Source: Planctomycetota bacterium (GTDB taxonomy: Bacteria > Planctomycetota > B15-G4 > SIAN01). From it: DNA of 64,000 bases. The stretch covers positions 1-64,000 of the forward strand of contig JANNXA010000049.1 of NCBI GenBank assembly GCA_031409275.1. The letters are read 5' to 3'. The notes beneath the pieces are model-generated. The model was given only the letters and a program-made list of their open reading frames with translations. It had not been told where the DNA came from and made no database searches. Positions 1-8,969 of the stretch are shown piece after piece. The position numbers and the translations under genes are program-made. Position 1 is the stretch's first letter, and every line of letters begins with the position of its first letter.

Positions 1-150
1 CCCGGACAGGGTGCAGTCGTGTGGGGGATGGGATCGCGAGCAAGAGAAGCCGCCGACGAAGTCGACGCGCTCTTCAGAGAGATTCTGCCGAATGCCGTGA
101 AAGCAGAAGGCGCAGAAGCACGGCGTCGCTCAAGTCGAAGACCGGGGTAG
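1..150 (+). CDS. 3' end of a probable ParA-family partition ATPase (partial, runs in from left edge)
   Basis: Frame 1 reads PGQGAVVWGMGSRAREAADEVDALFREIL...stop at 148-150, resembling ParA C-termini (GxxVxE...AAxE(I/V)xALxxEI); followed by a small partner ORF and a rep gene. Confidence 0.55.
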   Translation, partial: PGQGAVVWGMGSRAREAADEVDALFREILPNAVKAEGAEARRRSSRRPG

Positions 151-163
151 GGGAGGAGCGTGG

Positions 164-445
164 ATGTCGGAGCGTCGTAGTTTGACTCAAGGCCTTCAGG
201 AGACACCCGGGCCGATCGTGCCGACCAAGGAACAGAGCTTCGTGTACGGCGAGAGGAAACCGCCAACGGCCGTAGCGCAGCCCGCCCGCGTATCGGTGAG
301 CACTCGGATGCGCAGCGACTTCGCGACGGCGCTCAAGCGCGCTTCGCTCGAGAGGCAGCTTCAAGGCCTTGCACCGAACACCCTTCAGGACATCCTCGAA
401 GAGGCGGTAGAGCCTTGGCTTCGTGGCAATGGCTACCTCACGTAG
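164..445 (+). CDS. small partition partner (ParG/ribbon-helix-helix-like)
   Basis: 93 aa; GGAGG SD upstream; flexible N-terminus then beta-strand VSVSTRM plus two helices; directly downstream of parA-like ORF. Confidence 0.55.
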   Translation: MSERRSLTQGLQETPGPIVPTKEQSFVYGERKPPTAVAQPARVSVSTRMRSDFATALKRASLERQLQGLAPNTLQDILEEAVEPWLRGNGYLT

Positions 446-1088
446 CGCCGCTGTCGTCGATTGGTTGAGCGACAGCCGGAGCGACTTCGAGCGGGAGTTC
501 CCGTTGTCTGCTGGTGTCCTTCAAATGGTACGACCGCACGAAGGCCAATCGATCGCCGTTGAACATGAACCGAATGTTGACGAAGAACACCCCGTCGCTC
601 GGGCTCCTGAACAAGAACTCCTTCTCCAAGAGCTCGCGCACGCCGCGTTGGTAGGTCCGGTCGTTGATGCCGTGGTCCTTGGCGAGGTACTGGTTCAACT
701 TGATCTCGTCAGAGCCAGGATTGGCGCGCATCTCGTGATAGACGAGTTCGAAGACCTGCATCCCCGTCTTCGATAAGTCAGCCGCCTGTCTGATGCCATC
801 GAGGAAGAGTTTGACGAAGCGGCTGCTGTCGACTTCTTCCTGCCACCAGAAGCCCATCCCTCCGAGGCCTTTGATCTCGCCGCTGCTGTTGTCGACGATC
901 ACGGCGGCCTTGCCGCCGGGCACATGGAACCGGCGCGTCCTGGAGGGGATGCCATTCGCGTTCGGAACGCTGGGGTTCGTGCGGTAGACAGGAAAGCCCC
1001 GCTTTGTGCTGATCTGGTTAGTAGGGATCACGTCAATCTGTCGGTCGTCCGTCATTTTCTCCTCATGGTTTTGACTGTAGATGGACAA
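438..1088 (-). CDS. RepL-like replication/maintenance protein (winged helix)
   Basis: FVKLF...wHTH...RGVRELLEKEFL...FFVNIRFMFNGDR pattern of RepL-type proteins; adjacent to origin-like repeats. Confidence 0.7.
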   Translation of the reverse strand: MSIYSQNHEEKMTDDRQIDVIPTNQISTKRGFPVYRTNPSVPNANGIPSRTRRFHVPGGKAAVIVDNSSGEIKGLGGMGFWWQEEVDSSRFVKLFLDGIRQAADLSKTGMQVFELVYHEMRANPGSDEIKLNQYLAKDHGINDRTYQRGVRELLEKEFLFRSPSDGVFFVNIRFMFNGDRLAFVRSYHLKDTSRQRELPLEVAPAVAQPIDDSGAT

Positions 1089-1102
1089 ATCACTGGCACA
1101 TC

Positions 1103-1231
1103 ACCGACATAATTGCAAGCTGTTTCTGTCGGAAGGCCGACCGATTATGTCGGTTAGTCGTCAGAATGTGTCGGTTCGGCTTGAGGAAATTCAATCGGTT
1201 AAGGGGGTGTCTCTTCTTATATACTAATAAG
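1103..1231. promoter_or_regulatory. putative iteron-containing origin/operator upstream of repL
   Basis: TCGG cores at 1129, 1150, 1171 (all TGTCGG, 21-bp period) and 1195; perfect 11-bp inverted repeat ACCGACATAAT (1103-1113)/ATTATGTCGGT (1144-1154); AT-rich tract 1213-1231. Confidence 0.6.
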
Positions 1232-1534
1232 CAATGCGAAAGCTCACCGCCGGAGCGCGACCACGACGCTGGCGCAGGTGGTGAGCTTTCGATGCTGACA
1301 AGACCGTTGGTGTCGGAGTCGCCGACGCCTTCACGGGCTTCGATACTAGAGCAGACAAAAGTGGGCATTCAGGTAGAAGGAGCGACATCGCTCCGGTAGA
1401 CGCTCTGCGGGGATACCTAGGGCTTGGACAGCGTGGAGCCCCACAGATCAAATCAGAACTCATCGAACTGAGTTGAATATGAACATGAATCGTATTAGAA
1501 AGTAGTTTGCATATTTGGTTATGGAGATATTGAG

Positions 1535-1975
1535 ATGTTGAAGCCGCCGGATGAGAGGATGTATGACAGTGTAATACACTGCGATATTTCGAATCTTGAG
1601 AAGGCCCTGTCGGACGGTGCGGACTATCGCACTCGTAGTGGGATGCTCACGTTGGCCGCCTCTAGGGGTCACATTGGCATAGTAAGGGTGCTCCTCAAGG
1701 CGGGCATGAATCCAAACGACCTTAGTCGGAACGGTGACGCGCCCATTCATGGCGCGGCCGTCGCTCCAGTGTCTGGTCCTGAGATAGTAAAAATGTTGGT
1801 CCAGAGCGGCGCCGATGTAAATGCGCAAACAAGAATTGGATTGACTGCTCTCGACATGGCGGTGATCAAGAAGAACAGGGCAACTGTGCAGACCCTGCTC
1901 GAGCTCAATGCGCAAGGTGAGGCCACTAGTCATGTTCTCGCAGCTCGACTCACTCAGAGCGGTCGTATGAGATGA
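1535..1975 (+). CDS. ankyrin repeat protein
   Basis: GDAPIHGAA, IVKMLVQSGADVNAQTRIGLTALDMA ankyrin consensus segments. Confidence 0.85.
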   Translation: MLKPPDERMYDSVIHCDISNLEKALSDGADYRTRSGMLTLAASRGHIGIVRVLLKAGMNPNDLSRNGDAPIHGAAVAPVSGPEIVKMLVQSGADVNAQTRIGLTALDMAVIKKNRATVQTLLELNAQGEATSHVLAARLTQSGRMR

Positions 1976-1989
1976 ATGCAAGATCGGGA

Positions 1990-3924
1990 CTACAACTTTG
2001 CGTCGGGATGCGATCTATAGATTTGTCGAGCGAGCAACCTCATGTCATTGACGGCTTCGTTAAGTTGAGCATCACCTCCCATTGGAAAATGGTGCATCGT
2101 AAAGATCTCAAAATTCGACCCTTTCATTCTTCTCGCTTGCGGATGCGCAATGAACCCATGAGCAACAAGGTATGCCTTGTGCTCTCGTGAGTTGACAGCC
2201 GCCAAGAAACGAATCGGCCCGCCTCTTGGGGTCAGGCCGACGCCGAGAAATAAATGTTGGTAAAGGACGGTTCTGTGAAACAAGGCGATTGTCTTGTCCG
2301 CTTCGACCGGCCCTTGCTCTTGGACCTTAGGTGCGGCACCCTCAATAAGCAGAAATCCGGAATTCGCTTGAAGGTCAGATTGCTCGATATCCATGATATG
2401 AAGTTCTCCTCGGTGGACTCTCCACCACGCGTCGGGTGTCACCGAGAAAGCAATACTCACCGTACAAGGAAGTTCGCAACCTATTCCGACAACAACTGAC
2501 CACTTATCAATAGCGATGAGTCTCTTGATTTTAGTTAGATAGTCATTGTACGAGATGCCATAGTTGTTTTCGTCGAGCTGCAAAGCGGTCGTCGCGGACA
2601 GCGCTGTGGTCGGCAGAAGATGATGTTCGTCTTTGTAAGAAATTCTGCCGCTGTGAACAAACACCCATCGTATAGCCTCGGAGAGCTCGCGATCTAGACA
2701 TGGCCTGACTTCGAGAAACTTCCTTTTGCACTCGCTCAACACTCGGCCGACGTCGGTCAAACCTAGTGCGATCTGCGATCTCGGCGCGGGCGTGCGTTGG
2801 TGGTCATCACTATGAGGTATCCCGAGCAGGCTCTCGACCTCACGATTGCGATTGGCGGCAGGAGGTCCAAACAGTCGATATCCGAGGTTCATCAGAAACA
2901 CCTCAAGATGTACTCTATCTTTCGTCCTCGGGCAGTCATAGTAGACCGCATGCGCGCAGAGCTTACGCGCATACCAGTCTCTGTCATGCGCGTTCAATCC
3001 TGTAGATTCTTGCACTGTAAAGTGAAATGGCTTTGGCGTGTTGAACTGTCTTGACAGGTCCGCTAGCGGTTCAAGAAGGCAGTCATCAGCCATCGAAGAA
3101 CCGATGAATACGGCTGGCCGTGCGAAGATCCTTGCCAGCAAATTAGGGAGCGCACCATTCTCACGATAGATAGAAGTGAAGTCCTCTGTCGTAAGTGCGA
3201 TATTCTGACGCTCGCTAGAAGTGATATCGTGAGCTACTGCTCCATGCACATGAAGCACGAGCTTCCGTTCAGAAGAATAAGATGTTTCTAGTTCACTCAA
3301 GTGCCCGATCACGCGCTCGAACTCGTCTGGTGTCCGGAGCGCCATGGACTCCCAACTCATGCCGTTCAGTTCAAGCGCGTGTTCAAGCACATGGTCGAAG
3401 TTTGTAGTTACAATGAGTCGGAGCGGTAGTTTGAGAAGATGCTTGAGAAGAGAGCTACGCTCAATAGATTGACCTACGTAGGTTGATACTTGGAGATTTG
3501 AGGACGCTAGTCTCGCGAACTCATCGGCGCCGAGCGCGCGGCGCAGCTCAGATGCGACTCGCCGCAGGCGTTGCGCGTTGTCGAATCGAGACTCAATCGC
3601 TCGAGTCCTCGCAATCACGGAGAGCTGTCTGCGAAGCTCTTGCCTCATTTTAATTCGTGGCGCATGGCCGGCGATCTGTTTAAGCAACTCGATCCAATCA
3701 GGGAGTCCCACCGATTTGCTGATACCAGCGCCAATCACGACTACGGGAGGCCTTGCCCAGGTCTGTACCAATTTGTCATACGCATCCTCATTGAGTGGGT
3801 CGCTCTTGTCGTTCGGCAGAAAGACCACCGGTCGGCTCCTCGACGTTGTCTCGAATCGTCTTCGCGGAGTGTATCGTGCTGTCAATGAGTTGATTCGACT
3901 CGAGTTGGTCTCGAGGGACTTCAT
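1990..3924 (-). CDS. SIR2-like (SIR2_2) domain protein with uncharacterised C-terminal domain; probable defence NADase
   Basis: VVVIGAGISKSVGLPDW, IVTTNFD, VLHVHG, VFIGSSMAD SIR2 motifs; start uncertain (ATG 3924 chosen, overlaps ParE tail). Confidence 0.75.
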   Translation of the reverse strand: MKSLETNSSRINSLTARYTPRRRFETTSRSRPVVFLPNDKSDPLNEDAYDKLVQTWARPPVVVIGAGISKSVGLPDWIELLKQIAGHAPRIKMRQELRRQLSVIARTRAIESRFDNAQRLRRVASELRRALGADEFARLASSNLQVSTYVGQSIERSSLLKHLLKLPLRLIVTTNFDHVLEHALELNGMSWESMALRTPDEFERVIGHLSELETSYSSERKLVLHVHGAVAHDITSSERQNIALTTEDFTSIYRENGALPNLLARIFARPAVFIGSSMADDCLLEPLADLSRQFNTPKPFHFTVQESTGLNAHDRDWYARKLCAHAVYYDCPRTKDRVHLEVFLMNLGYRLFGPPAANRNREVESLLGIPHSDDHQRTPAPRSQIALGLTDVGRVLSECKRKFLEVRPCLDRELSEAIRWVFVHSGRISYKDEHHLLPTTALSATTALQLDENNYGISYNDYLTKIKRLIAIDKWSVVVGIGCELPCTVSIAFSVTPDAWWRVHRGELHIMDIEQSDLQANSGFLLIEGAAPKVQEQGPVEADKTIALFHRTVLYQHLFLGVGLTPRGGPIRFLAAVNSREHKAYLVAHGFIAHPQARRMKGSNFEIFTMHHFPMGGDAQLNEAVNDMRLLARQIYRSHPDAKL

Positions 3925-4219
3925 CCTGGGTACACCGACGAACCCTGAGAACTCGAACGCGGTCGTCCTTGATGTCGAACAACGCCCGATACCAGTCGCG
4001 CGGCCGCTTGCCGTAGTAGAGCTGGCGGATCTCCCGCTGCACGAGGTCTTCTTCCGGCGCCTTTGAACAGCGACCCGGATGCTGCTCAAGCGAGGCGAGC
4101 TTCACGGCGAGCCCGTCGTACCAACGCGCCGCGGCTTCGGGCGCGTTCTCGTGGATCCAGTCAAAGATCTCGCGGATGTCTTCCTGCGCCCTTGGTGTCA
4201 GCTCAACCCGGAAGCCCAT
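3788..4219 (-). CDS. RelE/ParE-family toxin
   Basis: MGFRVELTPRAQEDIREIFDWI...LEQHPGRC...YRALFDIKDDRVRVLRVR; overlaps upstream antitoxin; unusual ~40-aa C-terminal extension. Confidence 0.85.
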   Translation of the reverse strand: MGFRVELTPRAQEDIREIFDWIHENAPEAAARWYDGLAVKLASLEQHPGRCSKAPEEDLVQREIRQLYYGKRPRDWYRALFDIKDDRVRVLRVRRCTQDEVPRDQLESNQLIDSTIHSAKTIRDNVEEPTGGLSAERQERPTQ

Positions 4220-4496
4220 GCTCACTCCGGAAGTGCTTGTCGAAGACGGCGAGGGGGATGGTGTCGCCTCGGTCTGCTTGGGCGAGCGCTTCACGAAGGC
4301 CGTGGATGAGCTCCGCTTCGTGCGCAAGCTCGGAGAGGCGGTGATAGGCGTCAGGCGCGAGGACTACCGCCTCGGCCTTACCGTTCACCGTCAAGAGTTC
4401 GGGGCGGCCGGTCAACTTCAGGCGTTCGAGGTGAGCCTTGGTGTTCCGCTGAAAGTCGGTCAGCGAGTGCGTGTCTTGAGGGTGAAGGTGGACCAT
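4203..4496 (-). CDS. Phd/YefM-family antitoxin
   Basis: HSLTDFQRNT...GRPELLTVNGKAEAVVL motif; AGGAG SD; coupled to ParE gene. Confidence 0.85.
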   Translation of the reverse strand: MVHLHPQDTHSLTDFQRNTKAHLERLKLTGRPELLTVNGKAEAVVLAPDAYHRLSELAHEAELIHGLREALAQADRGDTIPLAVFDKHFRSEHGLPG

Positions 4497-4808
4497 TGCG
4501 ATTCTCCTAGCATGAGTATCGCATGGAATTCAATGCTGCGCAAGTCCCCTTAAGTCGCGGGCCTGGTCTCAACCAACGGGCTGAAAAAAGACAAGCCAGA
4601 CGAATTCGACCGCTCGTTAGGCTGGGGTGCCACTTCTGCGCCAAAAATACGGGACGCGTCAGAGTACAAGGCTGACGAGCGAATCGGGAAGAGATCGGCA
4701 TTCGTAACGACTGCGCCGCTTCCGCGTAACATGACCGTCTGGCCGCGTATGAGGATGGCGCACGCGACCGCGCGCCCCAACCCGCACGTTTCGGAGTGCC
4801 GAGAGTTC

Positions 4809-6806
4809 ATGATTCTCAAGACCGCACATGTGACGAACTTCAAGTGTGTCAAAGACTCAACGTCGTTTGGGATCGACAAGGATGTGACGTGCCTAGTAGG
4901 GAAGAACGAGGCGGGGAAGACGGCGATCCTCGAGGCTCTCTACAAGCTCAAGCCCGTCCGAGACGACGACGGAAAGTTCGATGTAACGAAGGAATACTTC
5001 CGTCCTTCGGTACTCGACTACAAGCCCCGACACCTGAAGGAACCCGATGTCGCGATCCGTACGGTATGGGAGCTTGAAGAAGGAGATTGTAATGAACTTG
5101 AGTTAGTTATTGGTCCCGCTGCGCGCGAGACCGGACTCATTACGATTTCGAAGCGGTTTGACGACAGCGTTTCCATCACCTTTGACCTGGACGAGGGCGA
5201 TGTTGTACACGGCCTGTTGAAGTCAAGCGACCTCGAGTCGAAGGAGAAGGGCAAGTACAAGTCCGCGCAAACGGTCAAGGAGCTGGCTACTCAATTAGCC
5301 GCCGTGCCAGAGGAACAGAAGCAGCGGGTCGTCTTCTTACAGACGATTAAGGCACGGTTCGGCGATAAGACGGCACGACAAGTCGCAAATGAGATGATCT
5401 GGAATCGCGTTCCGCGTTTCGCGTTCTTCAGTCAGTACCTGCGCATGCCCGGGCAGCTTGCTGTGAATCAATTTATGGAGCGAGCCAGCCATAACAGGTT
5501 CGTGGACGAAGACCGGGTATTCAGCTCGCTGCTCGAAATGATCGGCATGTCCGTCGACTCGTTCGCAGCAGTAACGACGTACGAGGATCTGACTGCACGG
5601 CTTGAGGCGGCGTCGGGCAAGCTAACTCGGGAGCTCCGGAGTTTTTGGCCTGACGGCAAACATCTCAGCATGCAATTCAAATTCGACGACGGGTTGTCGG
5701 CGGACCCTGCGCCGTTCAACTCCGGCAAGATATTCCGGGCGCGGATAAAGAATGAGCGATATGACGTCACAACGGCCTTTGATCAGAGGAGCAGCGGGTT
5801 CATCTGGTTCTTCTCGTTCCTTGTCTGGTTCACGCAGCTTGAGCGCAACTACAAGAGTGACTTGATTGTGCTTTTGGATGAACCGGGAATGGCACTACAT
5901 GGTACCGCGCAGAAGGAACTGTTGCGCTTCATTGAGCAACGGCTTGCTCCGAAATTCCAGGTCATCTACACCACTCATTCGCCGTTCATGCTGGACCCGT
6001 CGCACTTGCATCGTGCCCGGCCCGTAGAAGACGTCTACCGCGAGCCCGGACTCAAAGAAGACGCTACGATTGATCCGGCGCGCGGAACAAAGGTGTTCGA
6101 GGATTGGTGGGCCGCTGACAAGCTCACGCTATTCCCACTTCGCGGTTGTTTGGCGTACGACCTGACACAGTCACTCTTCTTGGGCCCCTACAGCCTTCTG
6201 GTGGAAGGTCCTGCCGATCTTATGTTTATCGAATGGTTTCGGTGCAAACTTGCTTCGCTCAAGCGAATTACTCTGGACCGGCGATGGATCGTGACGCCTT
6301 GCGGCTCCATCTCCAAAATCGGGGCGTTTTTGAGTCTTCTCGGTAGTAATCACATTTACTGCGTCGTTCTGTGTGATTACGCCGAAGGCCATAAGAGGGA
6401 AATTCGAAGTCTCGGCGACACCGCTATCCTCGCGTCAGCCCAAATTCTAACAGCTGACCAATTCGCCGGAAAGCCAGAGGCGGACATCGAGGACCTCCTC
6501 GGCGACGAGTTCTACGCAGCGCTAGTTAATGCTTGCTACGGGCTCTCAGGCGCGCAGTCGTTCGTCCCACCTGCCGCGCAAAATGGACGACCCGCGGCTC
6601 GAATCCTGAAAGCAGCCGAAGCGCACATGCGCCTGATGCCCCCGTCCGTTCCTGAATTCACTCACCCGGCGCCGGCGGACTATCTCCTTCGAAAGGGCAT
6701 CGACGAACCCTATCCGGGGATGGAGGCGGCACTGGAACGCTTCGAGCGGCTATTCGAGAAGCTCAACGGGATTCTTGCTGCGAGACTCTTGGAGCGCTGC
6801 GAATAG
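4809..6806 (+). CDS. OLD-family ATP-dependent nuclease (ABC ATPase + TOPRIM)
   Basis: N-terminal VTNFKCV, Walker A GKNEAGKT, signature SSG, Walker B LLDEP, TTHSPF, TOPRIM LLVEGPAD. Confidence 0.85.
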   Translation: MILKTAHVTNFKCVKDSTSFGIDKDVTCLVGKNEAGKTAILEALYKLKPVRDDDGKFDVTKEYFRPSVLDYKPRHLKEPDVAIRTVWELEEGDCNELELVIGPAARETGLITISKRFDDSVSITFDLDEGDVVHGLLKSSDLESKEKGKYKSAQTVKELATQLAAVPEEQKQRVVFLQTIKARFGDKTARQVANEMIWNRVPRFAFFSQYLRMPGQLAVNQFMERASHNRFVDEDRVFSSLLEMIGMSVDSFAAVTTYEDLTARLEAASGKLTRELRSFWPDGKHLSMQFKFDDGLSADPAPFNSGKIFRARIKNERYDVTTAFDQRSSGFIWFFSFLVWFTQLERNYKSDLIVLLDEPGMALHGTAQKELLRFIEQRLAPKFQVIYTTHSPFMLDPSHLHRARPVEDVYREPGLKEDATIDPARGTKVFEDWWAADKLTLFPLRGCLAYDLTQSLFLGPYSLLVEGPADLMFIEWFRCKLASLKRITLDRRWIVTPCGSISKIGAFLSLLGSNHIYCVVLCDYAEGHKREIRSLGDTAILASAQILTADQFAGKPEADIEDLLGDEFYAALVNACYGLSGAQSFVPPAAQNGRPAARILKAAEAHMRLMPPSVPEFTHPAPADYLLRKGIDEPYPGMEAALERFERLFEKLNGILAARLLERCE

Positions 6807-6909
6807 GACGTTTGTGAGACTGCAAGGCGTGATGCGCGCCGCAACGACAATCTGTTAATGTACATATACGATTCTCTTGCATTGACGTTTAATTGCGGAC
6901 GTGTCAAGG

Positions 6910-6937
6910 ATGCTTGATAAACTGGATTATCGTGCGG
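6910..6937. other. putative tyrosine-recombinase core site (dif/res-like 11-6-11)
   Basis: ATGCTTGATAA-ACTGGA-TTATCGTGCGG, inverted GATAA/TTATC around a 6-bp spacer, 7 bp before the recombinase ATG. Confidence 0.5.
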
Positions 6938-6944
6938 GGGGCTA

Positions 6945-7973
6945 ATGACCGACCAGGAACCGGAGAATGTCCTAGAGCGAGACGGCCTGGTCAACGACTC
7001 GGCCGCGTCGAACGCGACGAGTTCTGTTCAGCCGAATCCCGAGGTCGGTCTACCGGCAACGACGCTCGACCTACTTCGTGCCGTCCCCGAAGAAGAACTA
7101 TGGCTGCAGGGACAGCGAAGCGCCCATACGCGGCGTGCGTACCAAGCGGACGTGAGGCACTTCGTTGCCGCGCTCGGGGTGCGGTCAGCTGAGGATCTGC
7201 GCTGCGTCGGTCGCGCGGCCATCGTTCACTGGCAGCGACAGATGGAGAAGAACGGAACGAGGCCGCGGACAATTCGGCGGCGGCTCTCGGCGCTATCGAG
7301 CCTGTTTGCGCATCTGGTCGAGCAGGGAATCGCCGAAACGAATCCATGTCGCGAGGTCAAGCGACCGCGCGTGAATCGGAGACGCGGTGAAACCAGGTCG
7401 TTCTCGTACGAGCAGGCAGGGAGGCTCCTTGCTGCACCGGATGCTGAGTCTGTCCAAGGCCTACGCGACCGCGCGATACTGTCCGTCGGTCTGCAGGTGG
7501 GGGCGAGGCGCTCTGAGATCACCAAGCTCTTGGTACGAGACTTCCATCAAAATCAGGGGTACTGGAGCCTCCACTTCGTTCGGAAAGGTGGAGAGGATCT
7601 CTCGGTGTCCGTGAACGCCACCGTTTGCCGACGGATCCAGGCCTACCTTGGTGCAGCCGGGCATGCTGATGACTTCGATGGCCCGTTGTTTCGCCCGACT
7701 CCGAGGACGGCAGATGCCGCGAGTCCCAGGCGGAGCCTGAACGCCGACGTGGTTGACCGGATCCTGAAGAAGTACGCGAGGGCGCTCGACTTCGGGCACG
7801 GGTTCTCGGCGCACTCGATGCGAGCGACGTTCATCACAACGGCGCTTGACGGCGGATGTTCGCTCGACGACGTGCAGCGCGACGTCGGCCACGCAGATCC
7901 AACGACGACGAAGCTCTACGACCGTCGTGGGCATAACCCGGAGAAGAGCGCGAGCTTCTTCGCGAACTACTGA
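6945..7973 (+). CDS. tyrosine recombinase (XerC/D-like integrase/resolvase)
   Basis: SAM-like N-domain (SAHTRRAY), catalytic R (GARRSEI), K (VRKGG), HSMR, GH, TTKLYDRR. Confidence 0.92.
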   Translation: MTDQEPENVLERDGLVNDSAASNATSSVQPNPEVGLPATTLDLLRAVPEEELWLQGQRSAHTRRAYQADVRHFVAALGVRSAEDLRCVGRAAIVHWQRQMEKNGTRPRTIRRRLSALSSLFAHLVEQGIAETNPCREVKRPRVNRRRGETRSFSYEQAGRLLAAPDAESVQGLRDRAILSVGLQVGARRSEITKLLVRDFHQNQGYWSLHFVRKGGEDLSVSVNATVCRRIQAYLGAAGHADDFDGPLFRPTPRTADAASPRRSLNADVVDRILKKYARALDFGHGFSAHSMRATFITTALDGGCSLDDVQRDVGHADPTTTKLYDRRGHNPEKSASFFANY

Positions 7974-8216
7974 TCGAGCCTCGTCCTGACGGCTGATGCG
8001 AAGCCACCCCGCGCCCGTCGAGCAACACCTGTTCGATATCGGCACCGTTCGATGAGCGACCGAGAGGGCCACGGCGGACCGATCACGAATTCAACCACTG
8101 GCTCGCTCTCAGTACGACCGTTGACTTGCACCCGGGCCGCTTGACATGGTAGCCCAAGCTGATCACAATATTGCCGTAGATCGGATGGCCGGTCAGGACG
8201 TCTCAAATTTTCTCAA

Positions 8217-8555
8217 ATGGAGACAGCAATGTTCCAAGCGCAGTATCTCCCAGTAAACACCGTTGTGTACACCCCTTGGTTCGCACGCGGGGGGGACCTA
8301 ATGCGGGCGTCGGCCGAGCTCGTCGCCCGCTCAGCCAGTGAAACCGTTACGATCACTCCGTTCACGAAGGCCGACACCGATGCGGGAGACGGCGCCGCGG
8401 CGACGGGGACTCTCACGCTGTCGTCGGTGGGTAGGCAGACTGCCGAGTTTTCCAATCTGAAGAACCTGGTTCGATACAAGATCGACCCTGGAGCCACCGG
8501 AAGCTGGGTAATGGTACGCATTCTCCCCCCGTCCTGGTTCGAGAAGGTCGTTTGA
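8217..8555 (+). CDS. hypothetical beta-rich protein, paralogue A
   Basis: 112 aa ORF with GGAG SD before Met5; clearly homologous to next ORF. Confidence 0.7.
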   Translation: METAMFQAQYLPVNTVVYTPWFARGGDLMRASAELVARSASETVTITPFTKADTDAGDGAAATGTLTLSSVGRQTAEFSNLKNLVRYKIDPGATGSWVMVRILPPSWFEKVV

Positions 8556-8567
8556 GGAGAAATTGGG

Positions 8568-8957
8568 ATGCGCTGCTGCTGTTGCAAATGCGCTGGAACG
8601 GTAACATTTGACGCCGTCGCCTTGCCGGCCGGCAAGACCGTGCTAAGTCAGTGGACGGAGCGGCGAGGAGACTGCCTTCGTGCAACGCTCGATCTGCTGA
8701 AGACGACCGCGGGCTCATTGACAGTCGCTCTCTTTACCAAGGCCTCGTCGCAGGCCGGGGACGGCGGGGAGGTCGACGTTACGACGCGTATCGTACGGTC
8801 AACGACGGGGCGGACTACCGTTGAATGGGGTCCCCGCACCGGAAGCGGACTTAAGGATCTCGTAAGATATCAGTTTCAAGTCGCAACTGGCACTTTTGGG
8901 ATCACCGTTTTCAGAATGCTCCCGCCAGTCTGGTTTGACACGGTACGGCTTGCCTAG
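8568..8957 (+). CDS. hypothetical beta-rich protein, paralogue B (Cys-rich N-terminus)
   Basis: GAGGAG SD; shares W..R.GD..RA, FTKA....AGDG, LK.LVRY, R.LPP.WF motifs with 8217-8555. Confidence 0.7.
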   Translation: MRCCCCKCAGTVTFDAVALPAGKTVLSQWTERRGDCLRATLDLLKTTAGSLTVALFTKASSQAGDGGEVDVTTRIVRSTTGRTTVEWGPRTGSGLKDLVRYQFQVATGTFGITVFRMLPPVWFDTVRLA

Positions 8958-8969
8958 GAGCGAGAACTC

